Shown: positions 1-8,179 of the stretch, piece by piece | Layout of the letters: each line of letters begins with the position of its first letter | How positions within the stretch are numbered: the stretch's first letter is position 1 | NCBI GenBank assembly: GCA_023819145.1 | Contig: JAMWCW010000001.1 | Coordinates: 2,400-66,399 of the forward strand | DNA length: 64,000 nucleotides | DNA from: Candidatus Omnitrophota bacterium | Lineage (GTDB): Bacteria > Omnitrophota > Gorgyraeia > DTHP01 | Direction of reading: 5' to 3' | Position numbers and translations under genes: made by a program | The notes under the pieces: model-generated | The model's input: only the letters and a program-made list of their open reading frames with translations | What the model was told of the DNA's origin: nothing | Database searches by the model: none

Positions 1-62
1 ATCAAGGCTTTTTAGAGGAAATTACTCCGGAAGATTCTTGTAGCCAACATAGATGTCATTAA
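1..62 (+). CDS. 3' end of an upstream gene (...QGFLEEITPEDSCSQHRCH*), product unknown
   Basis: Open frame ending TAA at 60-62, immediately before the GTG start at 64; truncated by the window edge. Confidence 0.35.
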   Translation, partial: QGFLEEITPEDSCSQHRCH

Positions 63-63
63 C

Positions 64-774
64 GTGCAGATAAAAGCAATAGCTTTAGGTTCAACAAGAT
101 GGCAGCGGTTCATTCGCAGATGGGGTGTTTCGTTTTTAATTGATGAAGATATCCTCTTTGATACATTAGGCAAGCCAAAAGTATCCTTAAACAATCTAAA
201 GAAGTTTAAAGTAAATCTTCCCAACATTAAACACATCATTATTTCCCACGATGATTGGGACCACATTTCAGGGTTGTGGTATCTGCTACCGAACCAAAAA
301 GATGTTACAGTTTATATTTGTTTCGGTTTTAAACAAGAAATAAAACAGAGAATCATTTCTTTTGGGGTAAAACTTATTGAAGTAAAAGATATGCTCCAGA
401 TTAAGGAAAAGGTTTATTCTACAGGTGAACTATATGCTGAGTCAGAAGGTAGAAAAATATACGAACAATCCCTTGTGATAGACACAGGTAAGGGGTTAGG
501 GCTGATATGCGGATGTGCGCACATGGGAATAGTAAATATAGTCAAATATGTCAGGAAACATTTTCAAAAAAATATTTACTGGCTTATCGGAGGTTTTCAT
601 TTAAAAAATAATACAGATGAAGAAAATAGCATTGTTATAAAACAGTTAAAAGAACTAGGCGTTTCTAAAATCGTTCCTACACACTGTACAGGAAAAAGAG
701 CAATTAGACAGATGTGCAAAATATTTGACTCTGATGTTATTCAAATAAAAGAAGGAGATATTATAGAATTGTGA
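64..774 (+). CDS. MBL-fold metallo-hydrolase
   Basis: Motifs ILFDT, SHDDWDH (HxHxDH variant), GCAH, GGFHL, PTHCTG. Confidence 0.85.
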   Translation: MQIKAIALGSTRWQRFIRRWGVSFLIDEDILFDTLGKPKVSLNNLKKFKVNLPNIKHIIISHDDWDHISGLWYLLPNQKDVTVYICFGFKQEIKQRIISFGVKLIEVKDMLQIKEKVYSTGELYAESEGRKIYEQSLVIDTGKGLGLICGCAHMGIVNIVKYVRKHFQKNIYWLIGGFHLKNNTDEENSIVIKQLKELGVSKIVPTHCTGKRAIRQMCKIFDSDVIQIKEGDIIEL

Positions 775-1113
775 AGATTAAAAATAAGTATAAAAGAATA
801 AAAAAATTTTTCTATTATGACAATCTTTGGAGGTCCATCTCAAAATTGTTGGAGTTATAGATGATTTTTATTCCTCATAAGAAGCCGTCTCTTCAATTTA
901 AGATAAGAAAGTTTTTTAATCAAACCCACAAAAATGACGAATTAAGTGAAATTGACGAACTTAACCTATTTAATTACTATAGACAACCTACCAAGTTAAG
1001 AGATATAATTACACCAATATTTACAGGATTAACCAGCCATAAGAAGTTAAAATTTATCTAAAGTGTACCCAACGGCGATAAATCCTGTTTTTACACTTAA
1101 TTATTAAGTTACG

Positions 1114-2281
1114 ATGAAAATAAAAGTAAAGCCAGAAGATTTTATTGTAGATGAGGAAGCAAAAATTGAATTTAAGAGAAACGGCAAGTTTAAAGTTTAT
1201 CTTTTGACTAAGAAAGGATTTAACACTATTGATGTGTTTATTAATTTGTCAAAAAAATTTAATATTCCCTTTAAGAAATTCGCCTACGGCGGAAGAAAGG
1301 ATAGATATGGGTTGACTACGCAGTACATTACTGTCGAAGGCATTAGATTAAAAGATGTAATAGAGAAATCATTTAAATTAAGTTATCTTGGAGACACAGA
1401 TAGGCCGATGGGGCCGGATTTAATTCTGGCAAATGAATTTAAAATAACCATACGTGACCTGCAAGAAGAAGAAATAGAGCATGCTCTACGACAATTAGAA
1501 TTTGTCAAAGAATACGGCTATCCTAATTACTTTGATGACCAGAGATTTGGTAATTATTCTCGGCAACAGGGTTTTTTTGCGGAGAGATTAGTAAAAGGCG
1601 AATTTAACGGGTCTTTAAAAGTTTATCTTACCGCTGTTCATCCCCAAGACAAAAAAGCAGAGAAATGGCGAAAGCAACTATTCTTCAATAACTGGAGGGA
1701 TTGGCATAAATGTTTGAATCTAGCAAAGACGAGTTTTGAGAAAGAAGTTTTTTTCGTTCTTTTGAAAGGGGGAAATAAATCTTTCTTAAGTGCTCTAAAT
1801 CTAATTCCTAAGGATGAATTGAGTATACTCATATCTTCTTATCAGGCTTATCTCTGGAATCAGTTGGTAGAAAGAGTGGTTAGGTTTTATAACAAGGATT
1901 TATTAGAATGCCGGGGAAATTACTGGAGTTATTTTTTTACAACTCTAATGAGAAATTTGACCATCTAAAGAATCTCGTTATTCCTCTGGCTTCACAAAAG
2001 TCAGAGATGCCCGATATCTTAACCGATAGGATATACAAAGAAATTCAATTCTTAAAGAGCGTGGATTAAAACCCGCCTCTTTCAATTTGAGAAAATTCAG
2101 AAAAGTGTATTTTAAACCTACAAAAAGAGAAAGCGTGGTTATCCCCCAGATAAAAAATGTTCTTGTTTCCAGTGATGAAATCTATGAAGGGAGAAAAACT
2201 TTATATCTTCATTTCAGACTACCGCGGGGAAGTTATGGTACAATGCTAATTAAACGTCTAATGGCCAAGGAGTGTCTATGA
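1114..2281 (+). pseudogene. truD: tRNA pseudouridine(13) synthase TruD, interrupted by two frameshifts
   Basis: PEDFIVDE, GRKDRYGLTTQ, PNYFDDQRFG, SSYQAYLWN in ORF 1114-1968; C-terminal FRLPRGSYGTMLIKRL in ORF 2087-2281. Frame is restored by adding one T to the T7 run (1932-1938) and removing one AATTC copy (2042-2051). Confidence 0.8.
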
Positions 2282-3393
2282 GATATAAAGCCATTACCTT
2301 ATTGGGCATTATTCTCATCTTCGTTTTGGCTCTTGTTCATTTACCATCTCTCCTTACTTATTTAGTAAAAAGAGAGATTCAGCGCAATTTTAAGGGTAGC
2401 GAGGTCAATTTAGAAAAATGTATCCTGAAGCCAAAAGAATTTCGTTTGGTTAATTTTGAGATTAAACAAGGAGATATTTTTAGTTTTAAGACAGAAGAGT
2501 TAAATATAGAATTTACCCCTCTTTCTCTTTTACAGAGAGAAATTAAAAAATGTGTTGCTAAAAAGGGGTTCTTTTTTCTAAATTTTGAGAGCTTCGGGAA
2601 GGGTTTTTCTGGGGGAGCACTTCCTTTTAAGATAAAAGCGTTAGAATTTAAGGATATAAATCTTAGTTTAAAAGCAAAAGATTTTGATTTAAAAGCTTAC
2701 TTATTTTATGCGGAATTAAATCCGAATGAAGAATTAGTCAATTTTCTTAATTTAGGGGTTAATTATTTTTCTTTCCATGGTCTTGAGTTGAAAGACGCTT
2801 TATTAAAGATAAACCGTGGAGCGCAAGGAAGTTTAGAGATTAAATTCATTTCTTATGGCAATTTAAAGGTAGAGGACGTTAGAGGGGTTATTCAGTATCA
2901 TCATAAAGATAAGTTAGCGCTAAAACCTTTATCAGCAAGGTTCTTAAAGGGCTATATCGACGGCGAAATAAATTTAGAACTGGGTCGTGAGTTAAAATAC
3001 AATAGCAATCTGCTTTTTTATCAGCTTGATATGAAAGGGATTGAAGAGGCGTTTAAACTGGATAATAAACTACAGTTAAGTGGATTGCTGGGAGGCAGGT
3101 TTGTTATAGAAGGCAGGGGTTATAATTTAGAGGTTATAAAAGGAGAATTTTCTTCTCTTGGGCATGGAGGGACTTTGATTATTAAGGACAAAAATTTGGT
3201 AAGAAATTTGGCGGAGAAATCAGGACAATCTTTTGATATAATATGGGAGAGTTTTAAGGATTACCATTTTGACGAGGGAGACATAAAGATATTTTCGGAG
3301 AATCGTGATTTAATTCTAAAGATTATTTTGGAAGGAAAGCGAGGGAAACGCGGTTTAGAAATAAGATTACATGAATTTGAATGGAGGAGGTGA
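2272..3393 (+). CDS. YdbH-like (AsmA-like) intermembrane bridge protein
   Basis: N-terminal TM anchor, beta-strand-rich body, C-terminal GGTLII...FKDYHFDEG...ILEG segment typical of YdbH; adjacent to YnbE/YdbL homologue. Confidence 0.65.
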   Translation: MSMRYKAITLLGIILIFVLALVHLPSLLTYLVKREIQRNFKGSEVNLEKCILKPKEFRLVNFEIKQGDIFSFKTEELNIEFTPLSLLQREIKKCVAKKGFFFLNFESFGKGFSGGALPFKIKALEFKDINLSLKAKDFDLKAYLFYAELNPNEELVNFLNLGVNYFSFHGLELKDALLKINRGAQGSLEIKFISYGNLKVEDVRGVIQYHHKDKLALKPLSARFLKGYIDGEINLELGRELKYNSNLLFYQLDMKGIEEAFKLDNKLQLSGLLGGRFVIEGRGYNLEVIKGEFSSLGHGGTLIIKDKNLVRNLAEKSGQSFDIIWESFKDYHFDEGDIKIFSENRDLILKIILEGKRGKRGLEIRLHEFEWRR

Positions 3394-3397
3394 TTAT

Positions 3398-3976
3398 ATG
3401 AAAAAGATGTTTTTGTTTCTATGCGTTATTTTTATCTTTGGCTGTGCCAGCGTTGCCGTAAAAGCACCGAAGGAGCCAATCAAAATAGATATTACCATGC
3501 GTCTGGACATATATCAACATGTACAGAAGGATATCAATATGATTGAGGATATGATTTCTGGAGGGAGCAGCAAGACTGATAAAATTAAAAATGAGACGAA
3601 ATCAAGCTTTTTCTTGGGAGTTGCTTTTGCCGAAGAGGAGTTCTTGACCCCTGAGGTAGCGGAGGCGGTTTCCCGAAGGCGTAGCAGGACAGAACAGTTG
3701 AATATCTTGAAGAGAGAAGGCATAATTGGTGAGAATCGTTTAGGGTTGTTGGATATAAGGGAGACAGGAAAAGCCGATAATAATTTAGGCAATTTAATCA
3801 AGGAAGAAAATAATGACCGGATGATTATCTATAAAGCGATTGCCAATAAAAACAATATTTCTATAGAAGAAGTGCAAAAATTGTATAGTGGGCGTCTGCA
3901 AAAAGATTCTCCTTCGGGCACACCCATTGAAATTTTTAATGCCTCAAAAGGTAGTTATGAATGGAGCATTAAGTAA
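3398..3976 (+). CDS. YnbE-like lipoprotein fused to YdbL (DUF1318) domain
   Basis: RBS GGAGG before ATG 3398; lipobox IFGC; APKEPIKIDITMRLDI (YnbE-like); GIIGENRLGLL...ENNDRMIIYKAIA (YdbL-like). Confidence 0.75.
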   Translation: MKKMFLFLCVIFIFGCASVAVKAPKEPIKIDITMRLDIYQHVQKDINMIEDMISGGSSKTDKIKNETKSSFFLGVAFAEEEFLTPEVAEAVSRRRSRTEQLNILKREGIIGENRLGLLDIRETGKADNNLGNLIKEENNDRMIIYKAIANKNNISIEEVQKLYSGRLQKDSPSGTPIEIFNASKGSYEWSIK

Positions 3977-3977
3977 T

Positions 3978-4006
3978 TTGCATTTTTCAGAATTTTAGGA
4001 TAAAAT
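3978..4006 (+). promoter_or_regulatory. sigma70-type promoter for tRNA-Leu
   Basis: TTGCAT-17 bp-TAAAAT ending 12 nt upstream of the tRNA. Confidence 0.55.
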
Positions 4007-4018
4007 AATTTTTCCTTT

Positions 4019-4101
4019 GCGAGGGTGGTGGAACTGGCATACACACAGGCCTAAGGAGCCTGGCTCTTTGGAGCGTGAGGGTTCAAATCCCTCCCCTCGC
4101 A
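4019..4101 (+). tRNA. tRNA-Leu, anticodon AAG (class II, long variable arm; CCA not encoded)
   Basis: Acceptor GCGAGGG/CCCTCGC, D stem GTG/CAC, anticodon stem CAGGC/GCCTG with loop CT-AAG-GA, variable arm GCTC-TTTG-GAGC, T arm GAGGG-TTCAAAT-CCCTC, discriminator A. Confidence 0.92.
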
Positions 4102-4142
4102 TTCGTTATTTGAGTTTCGAATTTTGAATAAAAGGAGTAGAA

Positions 4143-4238
4143 ATGGGGAAAGTTTTATTAGTGGTTTTGATTGTGGTCGTGTTTACGCTTCTTTCTAAAC
4201 GCTGTGTTTGTGGCAAGAAAAAGGAAGAGAAGAAGTAA
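4143..4238 (+). CDS. 31-aa single-TM small protein (MGKVLLVVLIVVVFTLLSKRCVCGKKKEEKK)
   Basis: AAGGAG RBS, ATG...TAA, hydrophobic helix then CxC and Lys-rich tail; below the ORF-track cutoff. Confidence 0.5.
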   Translation: MGKVLLVVLIVVVFTLLSKRCVCGKKKEEKK

Positions 4239-4244
4239 TTTCAG

Positions 4245-5177
4245 TTATGTTCCTCTTCTTTCCTTTACATAGTTTGACCCTTCCAGAGATTTGGCATATT
4301 CTTTTAATTCTGCACCGATCTGGGCAATTTCTGCCACATGGGAGAGTTTGCGTTTTTCATTGGTTACTACCGCAATGGAAATCGTCATAAGGGGAGTTTG
4401 CAGAGGATTACCTTTTCTGTCTTTTCCTAAAATGTATCCCTTTGAGCGGTCTTCCTCATCATATAGTTCAGGGACCATCTTATCAAATTCCTTGATGATG
4501 TAAGGGCAAAGGGTATCAACTTTATCGGGAGTAGTAATGATTATAAAGTCATCTCCTCCAATATGCCCGATGAAATCTTCTTTATTTCCTCTGGCTTCTG
4601 TTCCTTTAATTAAGACTCTTGCAGTCTCCTGAATTGCCCTGTCTCCACGTTCAAAACCATAGCGGTCATTGAATACTTTGAATTTATCAAGGTCTATATA
4701 GCAAACCGCAAAATTTTTATTCTCTCTGATGCGATTTTCAAGCTCATTTTGTATTGAGACATTCCCCGGTAGATGAGTCAGAGGATTGGCATCTAAATCT
4801 ATCTCTGTCCTGCGCATAACCATCTTTACACGGGCTACCAATTCCATAGGTTCAAAGGGTTTGACAATATAATCATCCGCTCCTGAATCTATTCCTTTTA
4901 TTTTATCGGCTGTTTCTCCTCGTCCGGTAAGCATAATGATAGGGATATGTCTTAAGAGGATATCTTTTTTTATGGCACGGCAGACTTCCGGTCCGTTAAG
5001 TTTAGGCATCATGAAATCAATGATGATTAAATCCGGAGGTCTTTTCGATACCTTATCCAAACCCTCTTCGCCGTCACCTGCTTCGGTAACTTCATAACCT
5101 TCTGCTTCCAGCACTATTCTCAATACATCCCTGATATCTGGTTCGTCGTCAACAATAAGAATTCTTTTTTTAGCCAT
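4245..5177 (-). CDS. Response regulator with REC and GGDEF (GGDDF) domains
   Basis: ILIVDDE, IIDFMMP, GADDYIVKPF; NPLTHLPGN, DLDKFKVFNDRYGF, HIGGDDF. Confidence 0.92.
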   Translation of the reverse strand: MAKKRILIVDDEPDIRDVLRIVLEAEGYEVTEAGDGEEGLDKVSKRPPDLIIIDFMMPKLNGPEVCRAIKKDILLRHIPIIMLTGRGETADKIKGIDSGADDYIVKPFEPMELVARVKMVMRRTEIDLDANPLTHLPGNVSIQNELENRIRENKNFAVCYIDLDKFKVFNDRYGFERGDRAIQETARVLIKGTEARGNKEDFIGHIGGDDFIIITTPDKVDTLCPYIIKEFDKMVPELYDEEDRSKGYILGKDRKGNPLQTPLMTISIAVVTNEKRKLSHVAEIAQIGAELKEYAKSLEGSNYVKERRGT

Positions 5178-5179
5178 GT

Positions 5180-6763
5180 TTATTTAACCAAATTTGGTCT
5201 TTGTTTTTCGGGTATAGTAAAACTGAAGGTGGTTCCTTTTCCTAAAGTGGAATCTGCCCATATTTTTCCTTTATGCGCCTCAATGATTTTTTTACAAAGT
5301 GAAAGTCCCAATCCTGTTCCTTTCTTCTCCCGATTTATGGGATTATCTGCACGGAAGAATTCCGTAAACAGTTTTGGAAGGTCCTCAGGAGAGATTCCAA
5401 TTCCCGTATCGGAAATATCCGTTCTTATAAAGCCGTCTTCTCGCTTTATATTTATATATATCTTACCTTTAAGAGGCGTAAACTTTATTGCATTGCCCAG
5501 AATATTTATAAATACTCTTCTTAGATGGTCATAATCGGCGAAGATAGTATTGATGTTATCCTGAACTTCTAACTTTAATTCAATGTTTTTCTCTTCGATT
5601 TGAGGATTAATTAGTTCCAAAACATTGTTCAAAAGTTCTTTTAAGGGAATTTCTTTAATGTCCATCCCCACTTTACCTGCTTCAATGCGGGATATATCCA
5701 ATAGGTCATTGATTAACTTTGCCAGTTCCGAAGATTGTCGGTCAATTCTTTCCAGGCGTTCCTTCTGGACGGGAGCAATTTCACCTAACTTTCCTGTAGC
5801 AAGTATCGAGGCGTATCCTTTGATAGAGGTAAGGGGTGTGCGCAATTCATGGGCGACTGCTGCTACAAACTCCGATTTTATTTGGTTAAGTTTTTTTAGT
5901 TCCTCGTTTGCTTTTGCCAGTTCTTTTGTCCTTTCTTTTACCCGTACTTCCAATTCCTGATAAGAATGCCAGAGTTGTTCATAGAGGCGGGAGTTTTCTA
6001 TACCCTGTGCAATCTGGTTTGCTAAGATAGAGATAAGTTCTACATCTCCTTCTGTTACTCGGGAATAAAGCGATTCATTGCCCATGACTACTATACCGAT
6101 TACAATTTCTTTTAGATATATGGGCACAATGATTAAGGAACGAATTTTTAAGAGTTCTATCAATTCTTTTTCTTCAGAATTGGCAAGTTCCGGTCTTTCT
6201 ACGAGAATAGATTTACCTTCTCGGATAATATTTTTGAATTGGGAATGGTCTTCTATCTTTTTCTTAAATTGGGAAATGTCTTCTTCCACAAAGCCTATCC
6301 AATGTCTGCATTTTAACTTCTTTGTTTCTTCGTCTAATGTAATGATGAGGAATTTCTCAAAACCGAGTTTATGAATGAAATTTTCTTTAATAGAATTAAA
6401 AACCTCCTCTATATCAAAGGTCATATTTATGCTTCTTCCCAGCTCATGTAGCGTGTAGAGTCCGTTTATTTTCTTATCCAGTTCCTGTTGTATCTTGTTT
6501 AGCTGTAGGTCTGTTCTTACGATCAGTTTTGCCTGTTCATCCAATTCGTTATATGCCTGGCGCAACTTCTCAAAAGCGACTTCACTTACTTTTCTTTTTC
6601 TTTCCTCCGCTTCAATCATCCATAAGGCGGTAAGGAAAAATGCTACAAGGATTAAGATACGCATTATCTCTCCGGCATAGGGGCCAAAGATTTGATTGAG
6701 GAAAATACTGGCGATGATGCTGAGTACTGCGGTGATAAACAAAATGCTTGTCTTTACACCCAT
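5180..6763 (-). CDS. Membrane sensor histidine kinase with GAF domain
   Basis: Two TM helices, GAF (IIVPIYLKEIVIG...LANQIAQGIEN), HELRTPLTSI, NAIKFT, DTGIGI, GTGLGL. Confidence 0.93.
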   Translation of the reverse strand: MGVKTSILFITAVLSIIASIFLNQIFGPYAGEIMRILILVAFFLTALWMIEAEERKRKVSEVAFEKLRQAYNELDEQAKLIVRTDLQLNKIQQELDKKINGLYTLHELGRSINMTFDIEEVFNSIKENFIHKLGFEKFLIITLDEETKKLKCRHWIGFVEEDISQFKKKIEDHSQFKNIIREGKSILVERPELANSEEKELIELLKIRSLIIVPIYLKEIVIGIVVMGNESLYSRVTEGDVELISILANQIAQGIENSRLYEQLWHSYQELEVRVKERTKELAKANEELKKLNQIKSEFVAAVAHELRTPLTSIKGYASILATGKLGEIAPVQKERLERIDRQSSELAKLINDLLDISRIEAGKVGMDIKEIPLKELLNNVLELINPQIEEKNIELKLEVQDNINTIFADYDHLRRVFINILGNAIKFTPLKGKIYINIKREDGFIRTDISDTGIGISPEDLPKLFTEFFRADNPINREKKGTGLGLSLCKKIIEAHKGKIWADSTLGKGTTFSFTIPEKQRPNLVK

Positions 6764-7969
6764 TTATTCTCCTATGGCTAAAACAGTAAAGGAAGCGTTT
6801 TGAAAATAAGTCTGTCCGATATTTATCTCCGAAGTAAGAGGAGCCTGTTCACCGTATGTATAGAATCCGGCAAGCGGGGTATTTTTGCCAAAAACTTCTC
6901 CCACTACTTCTATCTCATTATACTTATATCTCCCTAAGAGTTTTTCACGGGATATGGAACTGAAGGCAATTACTATTTTAGGTTTAGCACCATGGAGGTT
7001 TTTAAGGGAAGTGAGCGCAGCGTGAGAAGCAGCCTCAAGGACTGAATCCTTATTCCCAATCATCAAACGAATTTCCTCTCCCTGAGGAACTTCCGCTCCA
7101 CAGACAAGGGCACCTTCTTCGGTAACCGTGTAGGGATTCCTTAATAAATACTCTTCCTCTCCGGCTATAGCCATACCCAAAGGATAGAGAATAGCTAAGC
7201 TCGCGAGCGGTTCGGTTTTTAATTCCATAACCTCTGTGCCGAAATATTCCTCATATATTTTTACTGCGGGTTGATTATCTATTTCATAGATGATATTAGC
7301 TATTGCTTTTGTTACCTTGTGGGGTTTTCCTAATGGCTTCCAACCATGGCGGGAACCTATGCCAAAACTTAAATCTCCCCCCATCAGTACCCCTACAACG
7401 CTTTCCGAGAGCACCAAACGGTGGCAATATTGATAGGTTTTTCTAAAAAGGAAGTCATCTCCCGAAGACCCGCCGACAATGGGAAAACTTCTTCCCAAGA
7501 TTTCTTGGATTCCTTTTAAAACATCTGCACAATTTCCTGTTAAGCCATCGGGAAAAATCACAAATAGCTTTCTTCTCAGTTCTCCTTGGGCACCGCTTTC
7601 AAGAAATTTACGATTGGCGCTTAAAGCAGACTTACGCCCAGCATCATGCGAGTTTCGGTTTATTCCTTCTCCCCAACCGAGAGCGAACTGGAGTTCATCA
7701 GATTTTAGCAGCACCACCGTTACCGAATGTCTTGCTACTCCCAAAGAGGTAAACTCTCCCGCCGTGCTTGAACCAACCAGAGGAGTTTCTTCTAAAATTG
7801 ATTTTATTCCCTCTATAGTTTTTTCCTGCTCATGCACTGCAGAGATAAAGGCAAAAGCCAAATGAGGATAATCTTCTTTTAAGTCTCTTAAAGCAATTTT
7901 TGCTGCTTCTTTACCTGCAGAAAAACCTGCGGGATTTTTACTTTGTCCTATGCCTACTTTTAAAGCCAT
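6764..7969 (-). CDS. FIST N/C domain sensory protein
   Basis: GSSTAGE, GGSSGDD, HGWKPLG, IDNQPA, GFYTYGEQ. Confidence 0.9.
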   Translation of the reverse strand: MALKVGIGQSKNPAGFSAGKEAAKIALRDLKEDYPHLAFAFISAVHEQEKTIEGIKSILEETPLVGSSTAGEFTSLGVARHSVTVVLLKSDELQFALGWGEGINRNSHDAGRKSALSANRKFLESGAQGELRRKLFVIFPDGLTGNCADVLKGIQEILGRSFPIVGGSSGDDFLFRKTYQYCHRLVLSESVVGVLMGGDLSFGIGSRHGWKPLGKPHKVTKAIANIIYEIDNQPAVKIYEEYFGTEVMELKTEPLASLAILYPLGMAIAGEEEYLLRNPYTVTEEGALVCGAEVPQGEEIRLMIGNKDSVLEAASHAALTSLKNLHGAKPKIVIAFSSISREKLLGRYKYNEIEVVGEVFGKNTPLAGFYTYGEQAPLTSEINIGQTYFQNASFTVLAIGE

Positions 7970-7979
7970 AATTTACTAA

Positions 7980-8045
7980 ATCATAGAATAATCGTTTGCA
8001 TATGTCAATAAATTTCTTGACATTAATACCTTAGCCTAATAAAAT
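7980..8045. promoter_or_regulatory. Back-to-back divergent sigma70 promoters
   Basis: Minus strand TTGACA(8008-8003)-17-TATGAT(7985-7980); plus strand TTGACA(8017-8022)-17-TAAAAT(8040-8045). Confidence 0.65.
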
Positions 8046-8091
8046 AAAATACCTAATTTTACATTTTGATTTTCACACTTTTGGACTTTTT

Positions 8092-8166
8092 GGCCCCATC
8101 GTCTAGCCCGGTCTAGGACGGGAGATTCTCAGTCTTCAAACACCGGTTCAAATCCGGTTGGGGCTA
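8092..8166 (+). tRNA. tRNA-Glu, anticodon CTC
   Basis: GGCCCCA/TGGGGCT acceptor, anticodon stem GGAGA/TCTTC with loop TT-CTC-AG, T arm ACCGG-TTCAAAT-CCGGT. Confidence 0.93.
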
Positions 8167-8179
8167 TTAGGAGGAACAA

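Noticed and set aside
861-1061. 66-aa ORF between the MBL gene and truD
   Set aside because: No RBS or recognisable motif; overlaps degenerate nonamer-like low-complexity sequence
4019-8166. tRNAs as integration sites of a genomic island
   Set aside because: No duplicated tRNA 3' end or integrase seen within the window
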